From contig NC_042998.1 in assembly GCF_006345805.1 (NCBI RefSeq), positions 992,001-1,056,000 on the forward strand: a stretch of 64,000 bases of DNA. Reading direction: 5' to 3'. Of this stretch, positions 25,501 through 38,726 are shown one piece after another; within the stretch, counting starts at the first letter, position 1, and every line of letters begins with the position of its first letter. The notes below the pieces were generated by a model that saw only the letters and a list, made by a program, of their open reading frames with translations, was not told where the DNA came from and made no database searches. The translations under genes and the position numbers were made by a program. Source of the DNA: Octopus sinensis (taxonomy: Eukaryota).

Positions 25501-27779
25501 CAGCGTCAACATCGTTGCTTTCACTCTTATTGCCATCATCGACGGCTGACATGATTGTCGGACTTCCGTTTAATGACGCAGCCATGGATCCTTATTACTT
25601 TTGATGATAAATAGATAGTTAATGAGTTTCAGCTGACAGAGGAGGACACACGGACACACACGGACACACACACACACACACACACACACACCGCCCACAT
25701 AATAAACTCATTGTCTTATACACATGATTAAATTCACACACACATGTTTTATTGATAACCCAAATTCAGACAAAAGAACATTTTTTTTTTATGACAGGAG
25801 CGAGAACAAAAGCACAATAGTACAAGTCTGAAACGAATGAATGAGAGAACTTCCTGATACATTATAAAAAAAGAAGTGAGGGTTGCGTTCGATAAGCACC
25901 TCCAATTACCTAACATAATCAGAAATAGTATTTAGTAACCTAAAGCGAAGGATTATTTTCATTTACAGATGTGTTCAATATTCGACTTTAATGTTATTCT
26001 AATAACTATTAGCGTCGCCACTTCCTGAAGGAAATTGTATTGTTATGCAATTACGGTGTTTATGCTAAAATATTTCAACTACATTTCGGTTCGCATGCAA
26101 TTCACGCAGCATACGATAAAACTTGATTCTTGACTTCGTATGAAAGAAAACAAATGGGAAAATATCTAATATAAAATATAATTAACAATTGTCTACAGCT
26201 GTGGGCATATAGCAATGTATAATAAATTTAAGATGGTTTTAAAGTCATTTAGTACCATGGCGAAGGAAGAAGAATATAAAGCTATTTTGCTCTTTCATTA
26301 ACAAAGAGCAGGAACAAAATGTTACCGTAGTAATTTCTAGTAGCGATGGTGGTTGTAAGCAGTCAGTTTAAAAACGACACTATATACCAGTCGTAACACC
26401 ATTGTCCTCGTGGATGAGTCATAACAAACACAAAAACACTTAAGCCGTTTTACTACTCACATTTGTTCGTGGTAGTATTGTATAGTATAAAGTTGGGCGA
26501 ATGCAAGTCAGATACGGAAGAACTGTAATGCATGTAGTGGAATTATATCAGTGACCACATCGTTAGATGCACAGCGAAATATTTTGACGCTTTATAGTAC
26601 ATAGAAGGCTCTCAGTAAATAAGACGAAAAGCAAATATAAATCGTATAGTACGGTCTTCTAAATGAATATCGTAACTCTACTACGATGTACCAATTTATC
26701 TTGTTCTGAAACAATCAGATCGCTTGCTTGTATAACTCCGAAAAAAATCTACTTTGTAGCAAGCATTAGGTCTATGTCTCCGATTTGAAGATGCTGTCTT
26801 CTCTATCTTCCTTCCGCTTGTCTCGAAGGTTTTCTAAGAGTTATAGTTATTTTCTTCTCTCCTGACTAAAAAGTTCAAAGAATTATTAATAAAAATATAA
26901 ATTGTTCTAACTCTAGTGATTTTAAACCAAACAATCACACAACTGATGAGACATAAACAGTTACAGCTAACTTCATATCGGTTTGATATTTTAAATAAAG
27001 AAGACTATAGAAGCTGTGTACTATACTGAGAATTAATATTTGAACAGAAACCACCATTAAACATGTATAATATTACAGGAACTTCTGCAACAGAAAAATA
27101 CAATGATATGAAAAAATAAAAATATAAGTTGGGTTGAACCAATTCTGTAGACGAAATCACTACTACGTAATAGAGAATCGCAAACAAATAGCTGAGCATG
27201 GAAATTGAATATTTCAATCATTTTCTGGCCCATAAAACTTTACAAACTCAAGTGTGGATGTAATACCACATCATGTATTAGAATTACAACATAGACCCGC
27301 AATAACAAAATCCGCAAACAAAACACAAACCGACATTAAATTAAATATTCTTTTAAAAATAAAATAAAAGTAAATCAACAAAACGAAGAAAGAAGCAAAA
27401 AAAATAATAATAAAATTACAAAATTTCTTTATTCAATATAAACCATTTCAAAGTATTTTTTTTCTTCACTTCATTTTTTATATATATTTTTTTACTTGCG
27501 ATGATTGGTGCTACTTTTGTTAATCTTTTCCATGTTTGAATATAGTAGCGTTTGTTGACAGTGTGAGCAAGTTGTAAGAGACTTTACTGTTTCATGTCCG
27601 TTTTTGTTTTTCTTGTCTTTCTTTTTTCTTTACTTCCTTCTTTACTTGTTTGTTTGCTTGCTTCTTTCTTTCTATTGTTCCGCTTTACTGATATAACACA
27701 TGTTGACAACAGCAACAACGTAAAATTACCATTCCCATACAGACTGATCAATTTCTCCTCCTCTTCATGTTTTGAAACG

Positions 27780-27803
27780 TACAATAACAACAACAACAAC
27801 AAC

Positions 27804-27860
<57 letters not shown>

Positions 27861-27895
27861 CACAGTAACAACAACCACAACAATAATAACAATAT
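27780..27895. repeat. (AAC)n/(AAT)n trinucleotide repeat
   Basis: Direct reading. Confidence 0.95.
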
Positions 27896-28984
27896 ATGGT
27901 TAGTTGTCTACACTTGCTCGCTAGTTTGTTTCTGATTTGATATACATATCTTTTATATGCTTCGGAAAGGACTAAAAATACAGAATTGATAACGAAATCC
28001 TTCCCAAAGGACAGCAACTGTTGTTGTTGTTGTTATCATTATTATTAGTTTCTTTTTGTTGTTGATCTCTTTGTTTTTGTATTTATATATTTATTTTTGT
28101 ATATTTTGCACGCTTCTCTGAAAGATTGGTATTTCCATAGCAGACGCTTCCAGAAAAGAAACTTAAACCCAACAGAAGCTTCGTGACGTAGGCTTCCCTC
28201 GAAACAAGATCAGTTTCCATCAACTAAGCTATAAATGGCGGAATTCTGCTGAATTGGAGAATTTCTCCTGTTTTTAGCTTTTTGTTTCTTCTTTACTATC
28301 TTTACTATATATTTTTATATTTACTTCTTTTTTCCTTTTACTTTCCATCTTTTTTTAGTTGTTTTTGGTATTCTTTATGTACCTATTTACAAGCATATAG
28401 ACGAAATGACTTCATTTTTGCAGAATTTTAATAACTGTTTACGTTTTATGCATCCGTTTATTTTTAGTAACATAATTCATTGTTGAAATTTTCAGCATTC
28501 CGTAAAATACACTCTAGGTATCTGGATTCATTGTAGCTTTTCTCCTCTTCCTTTCAATTTTGCAGCAGCAGCAGCTGCAGCTATAGTGGTTATGGTTGTT
28601 ATGACAGTAGATCAGCCCTAATTTGATTGACAGAAGATCGATTACATTTCATCCGAGACCCTCTGTCACTTATTTACGCTTCGTGTACGTAGGTCTACAT
28701 TATCGACAGTGTCCTTCCATTTTATTGGGAAAACAAAAGAAAAGAATGCTACAGTATAATTTCAAGGAGACATGACTGCTCTTTCCAGAAGCTTATGTAC
28801 CCATCTAGAGTTTCTCTCATTCACGTATCGTCGTCGTGATGGTGGTGGTAGTGGTGGTAGTAGTCATCGCCTTCATTGTAGTAGTTGATAGTCGTAGCAG
28901 CAACATTAGTAGTAAGAGTAATAGTATTATCAGTAGTAGTAGTAGTATTTATTACCAGACAAAATTTTTCGAGATGTTTCTTCC

Positions 28985-29135
28985 GCCTTCACGTTTTCAA
29001 TTCAAATTCCGCCGAGGTGTATTTTGCATTTCATCCTTTTGGGTCGATAAAATAAGTACCAGCTGAGCACTGGGGTCGATGTAATAGACTTGCCCCCTCC
29101 CGTCGAACTTACTCGTCTTGTGCCATAATTTCAGA
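28985..29135 (+). mobile_element. SINE group B fragment
   Basis: ttcaaattccgccgagg...gtcgataaaataagtaccagc. Confidence 0.8.
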
Positions 29136-29384
29136 CGATTATCTTTATTATTATAAATGTTTCTTTTTTCAATTTTGCTTCCGTTTCCCGCCGAGTGTCT
29201 TCCCGACACCTAGGACAAAGAAATACACTGTATCAATCGATAGGCCACTAAAATAAGCACATTATAAATATTATTATTATTATTATTATTATTATTAGCA
29301 GCAGCAAATAAAGAAGAGTGCCATTGTTATCAAATGAACAATATTTCTGGAAGAGTAACCTCAATCCCGTAAATATATATATAT

Positions 29385-29744
29385 GGCACTCCGTCGATTA
29401 CGACGACGAGGGTTCCAGTTGACCCGATCAATGGAACAGCCTGCTCGTGAAATTAACGTGCAAATGGCTGAGCAATCCACAGACACGTGTACTCTTATCG
29501 TAGTTCTCGGGGAGATTCAGCGTGACACTTTGAAATACAGGTACAAGAAGAACAGGAAGTAAGAGTGAGAGAAAGTTGTGGTGAAAGAGTACCGCAGGGG
29601 TTCGCTATGACCCTCTGCCGGAGCGTCGTGGAGCTTTAGGTGTTTTCGCTCAATAAACATTCACAACGCCCGGTCTGGGAATCGAAACCGCGATCCTATG
29701 AGCGCGAGTCCGCTGCCCTAAACCCTGGGCCATTGCGCCTCCAC
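29385..29744 (-). mobile_element. SINE group A, tail T1
   Basis: Reverse complement of the 12288-12682 type, from ggcactccgtcg to gccattgcgcctccac. Confidence 0.9.
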
Positions 29745-30094
29745 AAATACACACATATATTGCACATTCACACACACACACACTTATTTCATTCACGAAC
29801 ACGCTTCTTTTCTTTTCCCATTCCTTGTTCTAGGCTTGAATATAGATTTCTCTTTTTGGGGGTTTCTTTTAGTCATGCTGTTCTCTTATTATAACTGTCG
29901 ACTTTGTTCCATTCAACAGAACGGTTCAAAAGTTACTTTAGCCTCAATATACACCGATTAACAACTGCAGTATGAGGTTTATCCTCCACCTCGGCTCCGG
30001 AGCAAAAATATAAATAGTTGCAGATACAGCTCAAGTGTAATGACTGAAGACAAATTAATGGACTGAATCGGATGTGTCTTTTTTTTCTTTTTTG

Positions 30095-30314
30095 CACAGT
30101 GGGGTGCTGAAATGTTCTTGGCTTGAAGAGTTTCGCGAAAGGCCAGGTAGGAGGCCGAACTTTCCGAGTTCTTTTACAGGGCTTAGAAAAACTGAACGAC
30201 CGCTGCATTAAGTGTGTGAATCTGAGAGGGGAATATATTGAATAAAATCACAACTGATCTTCCTGTATTTTTTTTTTTTTTACCCAAAGTCAAGAACTTT
30301 TCAGCACCCTCTCG
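30095..30314 (+). mobile_element. Internally deleted mariner (MITE-like)
   Basis: TIRs ggggtgctgaaatgttcttggctt / aagtcaagaacttttcagcaccc; internal frame LLQGLEKLNDRCIKCVNLRGEYIE* resembles the mariner transposase C-terminus; same family at 60780-60979. Confidence 0.85.
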
Positions 30315-30906
30315 TCTGTGTGTTGTTTATTATTGCTTTACCGGGAATCCGGCAGAGATGACGATCAACCTATTGCCGCTATAGCGTCAACACGGCATGA
30401 CAGAGTTAATGTCCCCTCGTCACATCCCGCTTCTTTCTCTCCCCTATTCTTCTCTTCCACCATCGTCTTCACACACCTTACTACTACAGTCATTTAACTA
30501 CAACACTATCTCCCGAGTGCCACTATTCGGGGATTCAAGCTTAGTTCGTCTACTTCTTGCCACACACACTTCCAGCTGCTCGGGCCGTCGTAGTCAGTTG
30601 AACTTGGTATGTCGAAACATTTCAACATGATTACTGGTGCTATAGTGTACCACATGAGAAAATATTCAGTCACCTTTTGATAATTATATTTATAGAAATA
30701 TAAATATATAAGTTTGTGTGTGTGTGTGTGTGTGTAAGCTTATTCACACAAAAATAACGTAGGTAGTATACAAATGTGTATTTAAACAAAATTGCAATAA
30801 AAATAAAAGGTACAAATTTTAAACATTATATTTATTGCTAAAGGTGCTGTGTGTATGCTTTCTCTCTCTCTCTCTCTCTATATATATATAATATATATAT
30901 ATATAT

Positions 30907-32281
30907 ATAAGGAGATAAATAAAAATATATGCATACATACAAACATATATGTACGTACCTACATCTACATGTATATATACATGCATATATAAATAATTAT
31001 ACGGAAGTACAGGACATCACAATAAGACGTAGAAACAAACAGAAAAAGCCAAAAAACAAAAAAACAAGGAAAACGAACGAAAACGAAAACCAAATACAGG
31101 ACAGGTACACAAGGACAAAACCCCCGTCATCAGCTGTCGCTAGAGGAGTCAGGCATGTTTCGAAGGCATAACAGAACACTAATCCAATAGGCCTTCTGCG
31201 AGAGAATTAAAATAAAATTTCAAGCAGCGGGGCACAATGAGTACGAACACAAACAAGACGTAACAATAAGACTGCAAAATTAAAATACATGTACAAAAAA
31301 AACACACAAGAGGACGAACGAAAAAGCCTTTTTTCTGGCATAGACAAACAATAAAACTGCAAAAATAAAAATACATGTACAAAAAGTACAATTAGTTACA
31401 AAACGAGAAAATAACAAGAATACTATACAGGAAATTAACCACACAAGGGGACGAACGAAAGAAGCCTTTTTGCTGGCAAGGACGAAAGTGTAGTAGCAGC
31501 GCGTGGAGGCAGTCTTTTCAATAGTGGTAACCACGTGTAAAGGATTTTGTTTTATAGGCAAGGAAAGGGAAGGAGGAGGGGGACACGCGGCGAAGAGAGA
31601 GGAGGAGAGGGGAGGGAGAAAGATGAAGAGGTTAAAGCAAAGGGAGAGAGTACCGCATCTTCAATATAATAATATTAATATAAAAAAGGGGACCAAGAAG
31701 TGGATCGAATCGAAACGAGAATCGGAACGAACCTGATGCGGGGCGCTGTCAGACAATAAGGAGATTAAAAAAAATATATGCATACATACAAACATATATG
31801 TACGTACCTACATCTACATGTATATATACATGCATATATAAATAATTATAGGAAGGAAGTACAGGACATCACAATAAGACGTAGAAACAGAAAAAGCCAA
31901 AAAACAAAAAACAAGAAAACGGAAAACGGAAAACCAAATACAGGACAGGTTACACAAGGACAAAACCCCCGTCATCAGCTGTCGCTAGAGGAGTCAGGCA
32001 TGTTTCGAAGGCATAACAGAACACTAATCCAATAGGCCTTCCTGCGAGAGAATTAAAATAAAATTTCAAGCAGCGGGGCACATGAGTACGAACACAAACA
32101 AGACGTAACAATAAGACTGCAAAATTAAAATACATGTACAAAAACAAACACAAGAGGACGAACGAAAAAGCCTTTTTTCTGGCATAGACAACAAAAATAA
32201 AACTACAAAAAAATAAAAATACATGTACAAAAAGTACAATTAGTTACAAAACGAGAAAATAACAAGAATACTATACAGGAA
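30907..32281 (-). mobile_element. Non-coding partial-tandem element (~527 bp direct repeats, 849 bp period); Penelope-like/retrozyme-like
   Basis: 30907-31433 is repeated at 31756-32281; (TA)n on both sides; no ORF; hammerhead-like motifs in each repeat. Confidence 0.55.
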
Positions 32282-32329
32282 TATTATATTATATATATAT
32301 ATATTATATATATATATATATATATCTAT

Positions 32330-32360
<31 letters not shown>

Positions 32361-32365
32361 TATAT

Positions 32366-32396
<31 letters not shown>

Positions 32397-32428
32397 CATA
32401 TATTATATATATATATACTATATATATA

Positions 32429-32470
<42 letters not shown>

Positions 32471-32485
32471 ATATATATATATATA

Positions 32486-32521
<36 letters not shown>

Positions 32522-32525
32522 TATA

Positions 32526-32576
<51 letters not shown>

Positions 32577-32642
32577 ATATATATATATATACATATATAC
32601 ATATATATATTATATATATACATATATATATATTATATATAA

Positions 32643-32693
<51 letters not shown>

Positions 32694-32729
32694 TATACAT
32701 ATATATATATATATACATATATAATATAC

Positions 32730-32820
<91 letters not shown>

Positions 32821-32827
32821 CATATAA

Positions 32828-32869
<42 letters not shown>

Positions 32870-32880
32870 ACATATATATA
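32282..32880. repeat. Long imperfect (TA)n tract
   Basis: Direct reading. Confidence 0.95.
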
Positions 32881-33808
32881 GGCGAGTGACCGGACATGCC
32901 TTCAGTCAGATCTACTGGCTGTTATCCAATGGGCAGAAAAAAAACAATATGCTGCTGAACGAGGATAAATTGAGCTAATCCACTTTGGAAAAGAGGATGC
33001 CCTGAAACTCCCATACTCCCTTCCTTCAGGTGAAACTCTCGCGGCGTCCAACAACATCAGAGACTTGGGGTAATTGTGGCAAACAACGTAAGCTGGGCCA
33101 CTCATATAAACACCAAAGTTGACATGGCCCGCAGAATGTGTTCCTGGATTCTCAGAAATTTCCAGTCGAGAGATATCCACACCATTATCCTTCTCTTCTC
33201 CACTTTTGCCCGACCCCACCTTGAATATGTTGTCCACTGTGGTCTCCCCACACAATACAAGGTATCAAAAAAGTCGAAGCACCTCAAAGGGCAATCACAA
33301 AAAGATAGATGGCATGACAGGCTCGACTATTGGGGTCGACTAGAAAAAGCTAAAACTCTATTCTCTCCAACGTCGTCGTGAGCGCTACATCATCTGCATG
33401 ATGTGGAAAATATTCCATCAGCATTGCCCAAATGATGTTGGCATCACTTTAAGGTACATCAAGGCTTGGGCCCCGTGCCATCCGCCCAAAACAAAAATCG
33501 CACTCTCATCTCATAACACAATACGGCACAATTATTTCACCTCAATTGGCCCCGCTCTCTTTAACATTACACAAAAACACATTAAAACAGAAACTGACCC
33601 TATAGGGTTCAAGAAGTCTTTGGACAGATTCCTTCAAGAAATCCGGATAAACCCCCTACACCCGGATATGTCTCTGTAACAATAACTCTCTACTTGAGTG
33701 GGCCATAGTGCCCAAATTCTGACTGAAAGACTTCACAGGTGGTGCTATTAGTTAGACATGGCCTGGGCCAATAATGGCCGAAACCTATCAAAGTATCAAA
33801 GTATCAAG
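32881..33808 (+). mobile_element. 5'-truncated CR1-like LINE (family 1), 3' end
   Basis: WAEKNNMLLNEDKFELIHFG, LYSLQRRRERY; tail (TATCAAAG)n at 33786-33808. Confidence 0.9.
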
Positions 33809-33883
<75 letters not shown>

Positions 33884-33885
33884 TG

Positions 33886-33920
<35 letters not shown>

Positions 33921-33948
33921 GTATATATATGTATATATATATTATATG

Positions 33949-33983
<35 letters not shown>

Positions 33984-34073
33984 GTATATATATGTATATA
34001 TGATATATATATGTATATATATATATAATATATATATGTTATATATGTATATATATATATATATATTATATGT

Positions 34074-34108
<35 letters not shown>

Positions 34109-34146
34109 ATATATATATATATGTATATATCTATATATATTATATA

Positions 34147-34183
<37 letters not shown>

Positions 34184-34194
34184 TATATATATAT

Positions 34195-34228
<34 letters not shown>

Positions 34229-34308
34229 TATGTATATATATATATAATATATATATATATTACATATATATATATATATATAATATATTTATATATATAT
34301 ATATATAC

Positions 34309-34340
<32 letters not shown>

Positions 34341-34504
34341 ATACACATATATATACATATATAATATATATATATATATATATATACATATATATATTAT
34401 ATATATATACATATATATATATATATTATATATATATATATACATATAATATATATATATATATAATATACATATAATATATATATATATACATATATAT
34501 ATAT
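33809..34504. repeat. Long imperfect (TA)n tract
   Basis: Direct reading. Confidence 0.95.
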
Positions 34505-36720
34505 ACTTTGATACTTTGATACTTTGATAGGTTTCGGCCATTATTGGCCCAGGCCATGTCTAACTTAATAGCACACCCTGGTGAAGTCTTCAAGTCAGAA
34601 TTTGGGCACTATGGCCCACTCAAGTAGAGAGTTATTGTTTACAGAGACATATCCGGGTGTAGGGGGTTTATCCGGGATTTCTTGAAGGAATCTGTCCAAA
34701 GACTTCTTGAACCCTATAGGGTCAGTCTGTTTTAATGTGTTTTGGTGTGTAATGTTAAAGAGAGCGGGGCCAATTGAGGTGAATAATTGTGCCGTATTGT
34801 TGTTATGAGATGAGAGTGCGATTTTTTTGTTTGGGCGGATGGCACGGGGCCCAAGCCTTGGATGTACCTTAAAGTGATGCCAACATCATTTGGGGAATGC
34901 TGATGGAATATTTTCCACATCATGCAGATGATGTAGCGCTCACGACGACGTTGGAGAGAATAGAGTTTTAGCTTTTCTAGTCGACCCCAATAGTCGAGGC
35001 CTGTCATGCCATCTATCTTTTTTGTGATTGCCCTTTGAGGTGCTTCAACTTTTATGATACCTTGTATTGGGTGGGGAGAGACCACAGTGGACAACAGTAT
35101 TCAAGGGGTGGGGTCGGGCAAAAGTGGAGAGAAGAGAAGGATAATGGTGTGGATATCTCTCTGAGTGGAAAGTTCTGAGAATCCAGGAACACATTCTGCG
35201 GGCCATGTCAACTTTGGTGTTTATATGAGTGGCCAGCTTACGTTGTTGTCCACAATTACTCCCAAGTCTCTGATGTTGTGGACGCCGCGAGAGTTTCACC
35301 TGAAGGAAGGGAGTATGGGAGTTTCAGGGCATCCTCTTTCCAAAGTGGGATTAGCTCAAATATCCTCGTTCAGCAGCATATTGTTTTTTCTGCCCATTGG
35401 ATAACAGCCAGTAGATCTGACTGAAGGCATGTCCGGTCACTCGCCTCATTTATGACTTCTGTAGCTTGGAGTCATCTGCAAAGATTTTTATGTTGTTGTG
35501 GCTTGATGATGTCATTAATGTCATTAATGTAAAGATGAAAAGAAGTGGGGCCCAGCACAGTGCCTTGCGGAACGCCACTACTGACTTTGGCTGGGCTTGA
35601 TTTTACCCCTTCAACTACAACATGTTGAGATCTGTCTGTCAGGAAACACTTAATCCATTTCAGTAACTTTCCAGAGAGACACCAATGTTGGATAGTTTTT
35701 TCAATAGGATCTTGTGATCGACCCTGTCGAAGGCTTACTGAAATCAAGGTAGATGACATCGGTGTTGGAGCCCTCTCCCAAAGCTCTCAAAATGTCCTCA
35801 AAGTGATGCAGGAGCTGCGTTAGGCAGTCCCTTCCATTACGGAACCCATGTTGGTTGGAGATCAGCCGTCGTTCTTTGCTTCCAGAAATTGGGTGTATTC
35901 GAGATCTCCACCACCCTCTCAAATACCTTGATGATATGAGAGGTGAGTGAGATCGGACGGTAATTCACTGCAAGGGACTTGTTTCCCTTTTTGAAAACTG
36001 GGGACAACAGACTGGGACAGAAGGTTTTTTGGAATATAGCCAGCATCCAGTGAGTTTCTCCACAGATTAGCAAGGGGAGATGTAAGTTGGTGTCGACACA
36101 CCTTCAGGACACAAGCAGGAAACTATCGGGCCTACTGCTGAATTGTGTTTTATTTCATTTATCGCCGCTAAGACATCAGGGGCACTAACGTTATGTCCGA
36201 TATAGTGTGTTGGGGGTTGACATCACTGATACAGCCCAGATCGGCCATATCAGGATTGCTGAAAACAGAGCAGTATTGTTTCTGCAGTATCTCGGCCATG
36301 GATTTGGCATTATCTTGGAGAGTGCCAGTTTCGTCAATTAGGGGGCCTACAGTGGAGACAGTTGACCCTGCGTTCCTCGCAAATGAAAAGAACACTTTGG
36401 GGTTGAGTTTGATTTTTTCAATGGCCACTTCTCCTCAGCTGATCTTTGGTTATTGATGAGGGTCTTCATGCATTGTTGGAGGTTATATTTTTGGATTCAA
36501 GCAGTGCGATAGCCGTCGTCGAATGTGTGGTTGCTGTTGGCAGTACTTTAGTTGTTAATTTTTTGTTTGTTCTTTTTATTTTTCTGATAATGGTTTTTCG
36601 TTTGGGGGATTCTGCACTTTTTGTTCACAGGTCTTGGTGGGGAGGAGTGTTTTGCACATATGTCTGTGACGGTGTCTACAAACTCTGCCAAGATGTTTTA
36701 TGGTTTGTGGAGATGTGTGG
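34505..36720 (-). mobile_element. 5'-truncated CR1-like LINE (family 1) with the RT domain
   Basis: AIEKIKLNPKVFFSFA, NYRPISLTSHIIKVFER, QHGFRNGRDCLTQLL, YLDFSK, VPQGTVLGP; same 3' end and tail as 32881-33808; frameshifted. Confidence 0.93.
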
Positions 36721-36734
36721 AGATGTGTGTATGT

Positions 36735-36809
36735 GTATATATATATATATATACATATATAATATATACATATATATATAGTATATATATAATATATATA
36801 TATATATAG

Positions 36810-36840
<31 letters not shown>

Positions 36841-37061
36841 CATACATATAATACATACATATATAGATATATATATATTATATAGATATTATATAATATA
36901 GATATATATATATATACATATATATTATTACATAATATATATATATACAGATATATATATACATATATATATAATATATATATATATATACATATATGTT
37001 ATACATATATATATATCATTATATATATATTATACATATATATATACATATATATATATAC

Positions 37062-37106
<45 letters not shown>

Positions 37107-37186
37107 ATACATTATATATATATACATATACATTATATATATACATATATATATATAATATATATATATATATACATATAATATAC

Positions 37187-37250
<64 letters not shown>
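36735..37250. repeat. Long imperfect (TA)n tract
   Basis: Direct reading. Confidence 0.95.
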
Positions 37251-37255
<5 letters not shown>

Positions 37256-37336
37256 GGTTAAAAATTGATGTTAGTCAATTAAAACCAGTGGTCTAGCACA
37301 TTAAAAAGAATCGAAAGATTAAAATATTTATATATA

Positions 37337-37549
37337 CCAATTAAGGACTGAACACGAAAAGGTGGACAGTCAACATGCTAGATATAGACGTCAAATCGCC
37401 ATTCTCCACAAAGATTTTGTTCTCAAATAAAAATATTTTAATTTTAATTTTTATTTTTATTTGAGAACAAAATCTTTGTGGAGATGGCGATTTGACGTCT
37501 ATATCTAGCATGTTGACTGTCCACTTTTTAGTGTTCAGTCCGTAATTGG
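37337..37549. repeat. Foldback inverted repeat, ~98 bp arms
   Basis: 37337-37435 vs 37452-37549; three substitutions and one indel by eye. Confidence 0.92.
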
Positions 37550-37550
37550 T

Positions 37551-37586
<36 letters not shown>

Positions 37587-37639
37587 CATATTATATATAT
37601 ACATATATATATATATATTATATATATAATATATATATG

Positions 37640-37706
37640 AAAATGAGACCCCCTTCGGTCATGAATAACCATGGGATTGCACCTAGAAAGTTACCCTCCT
37701 AGACAC
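37640..37706 (-). mobile_element. 3' tail fragment of SINE group D or its partner LINE
   Basis: gagacccccttcggtcatgaataaccatgg is the reverse complement of the 22960-23008 type tail. Confidence 0.65.
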
Positions 37707-38457
37707 AATGCATGTGTGTGCATGTAAGGTGTGTGGCGGGGAAATGTATGTGTGTATATCTTTGTGCATATTTACATTTGATTCCTGTGTATGAGTGTGT
37801 CTGTGTCGTGTCATGCTGAAGACATAACTATAACTAATTTGAATAAATTTCCCATTAATCTTTTCGAGTTTCTGGCTGTTACGTTTTGTTATTGTGTCAT
37901 TAGCAACGACGCTATACAGTAACTCAAAAATCATCTTCGCTGTTAGGCTGCTGAAACACATTTAGAGGCAAAGCCATAAGTGACTTCACCAAAAAATATA
38001 TATATAACACGAACAGCAACACCCTTATAACAAAGATAACAGAATTTTATTATTTTCTATAAAAACCAAATGAATAGTAAGCATAACACCAATAAAAAAG
38101 AATTCTGAGATACCTACTCATATTAAATGGTGATTCAACGATGTTTCTAATAACTTTAATCTATTCTATGAAAACTGATACCTAGGGTCCATCCGTTGTA
38201 GTATTAACTAGTAAGTACACTTAACGCGAAAATTAATACATACACATGCACAAACATTCATATCAATGTGAACATGAAGTCAGAACTTAAGCAAGATTAT
38301 AACATAAATACCAAAGTGTGTACGTGGGAGATTGCCTGACCTGTTAGAAATAGTAGATAAATGTACCTCATGCAACACTGTACTATCTTGCATGAAAGGA
38401 AAGACATATTGGATAATATAGTCCAAAGTTTACTAATCTTGCAGCAATGATTTGATG

Positions 38458-38726
38458 GCAGGACGGGCGAACGGATAAACTGACGAACGGACAGATAGAC
38501 GGCCGGAGAGATGGTTGGAAGAGTAGATATATGGTGGAAGGATGGACAGATGAACGGACAGGAGTACAGAAGTTCAGATGGAAGGATGGACGAACGGACG
38601 GACGGATGGATGGAAGGATGGACGGATGGATAAATGGACGGATGGACGGATGGATTGATAGATGGACGGAAAGAAGGACGGACGGACGGACGGACAGATG
38701 GATAAAAGGAGGGACGGATGGATGGT
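38458..38726. repeat. Degenerate (GGAC/GGAT)n tract inside a group G repeat
   Basis: Direct reading; flanks homologous to 3855-4060. Confidence 0.85.

Noticed and set aside
25265-25604. Acidic poly-D/E and poly-S ORFs
   Set aside because: Produced by (CCT)n/(CAT)n repeats; no splice or domain support.
26255-26700. Possible mariner N-terminus (MAKEEEYKAILLF...)
   Set aside because: Too degenerate; no TIR found.
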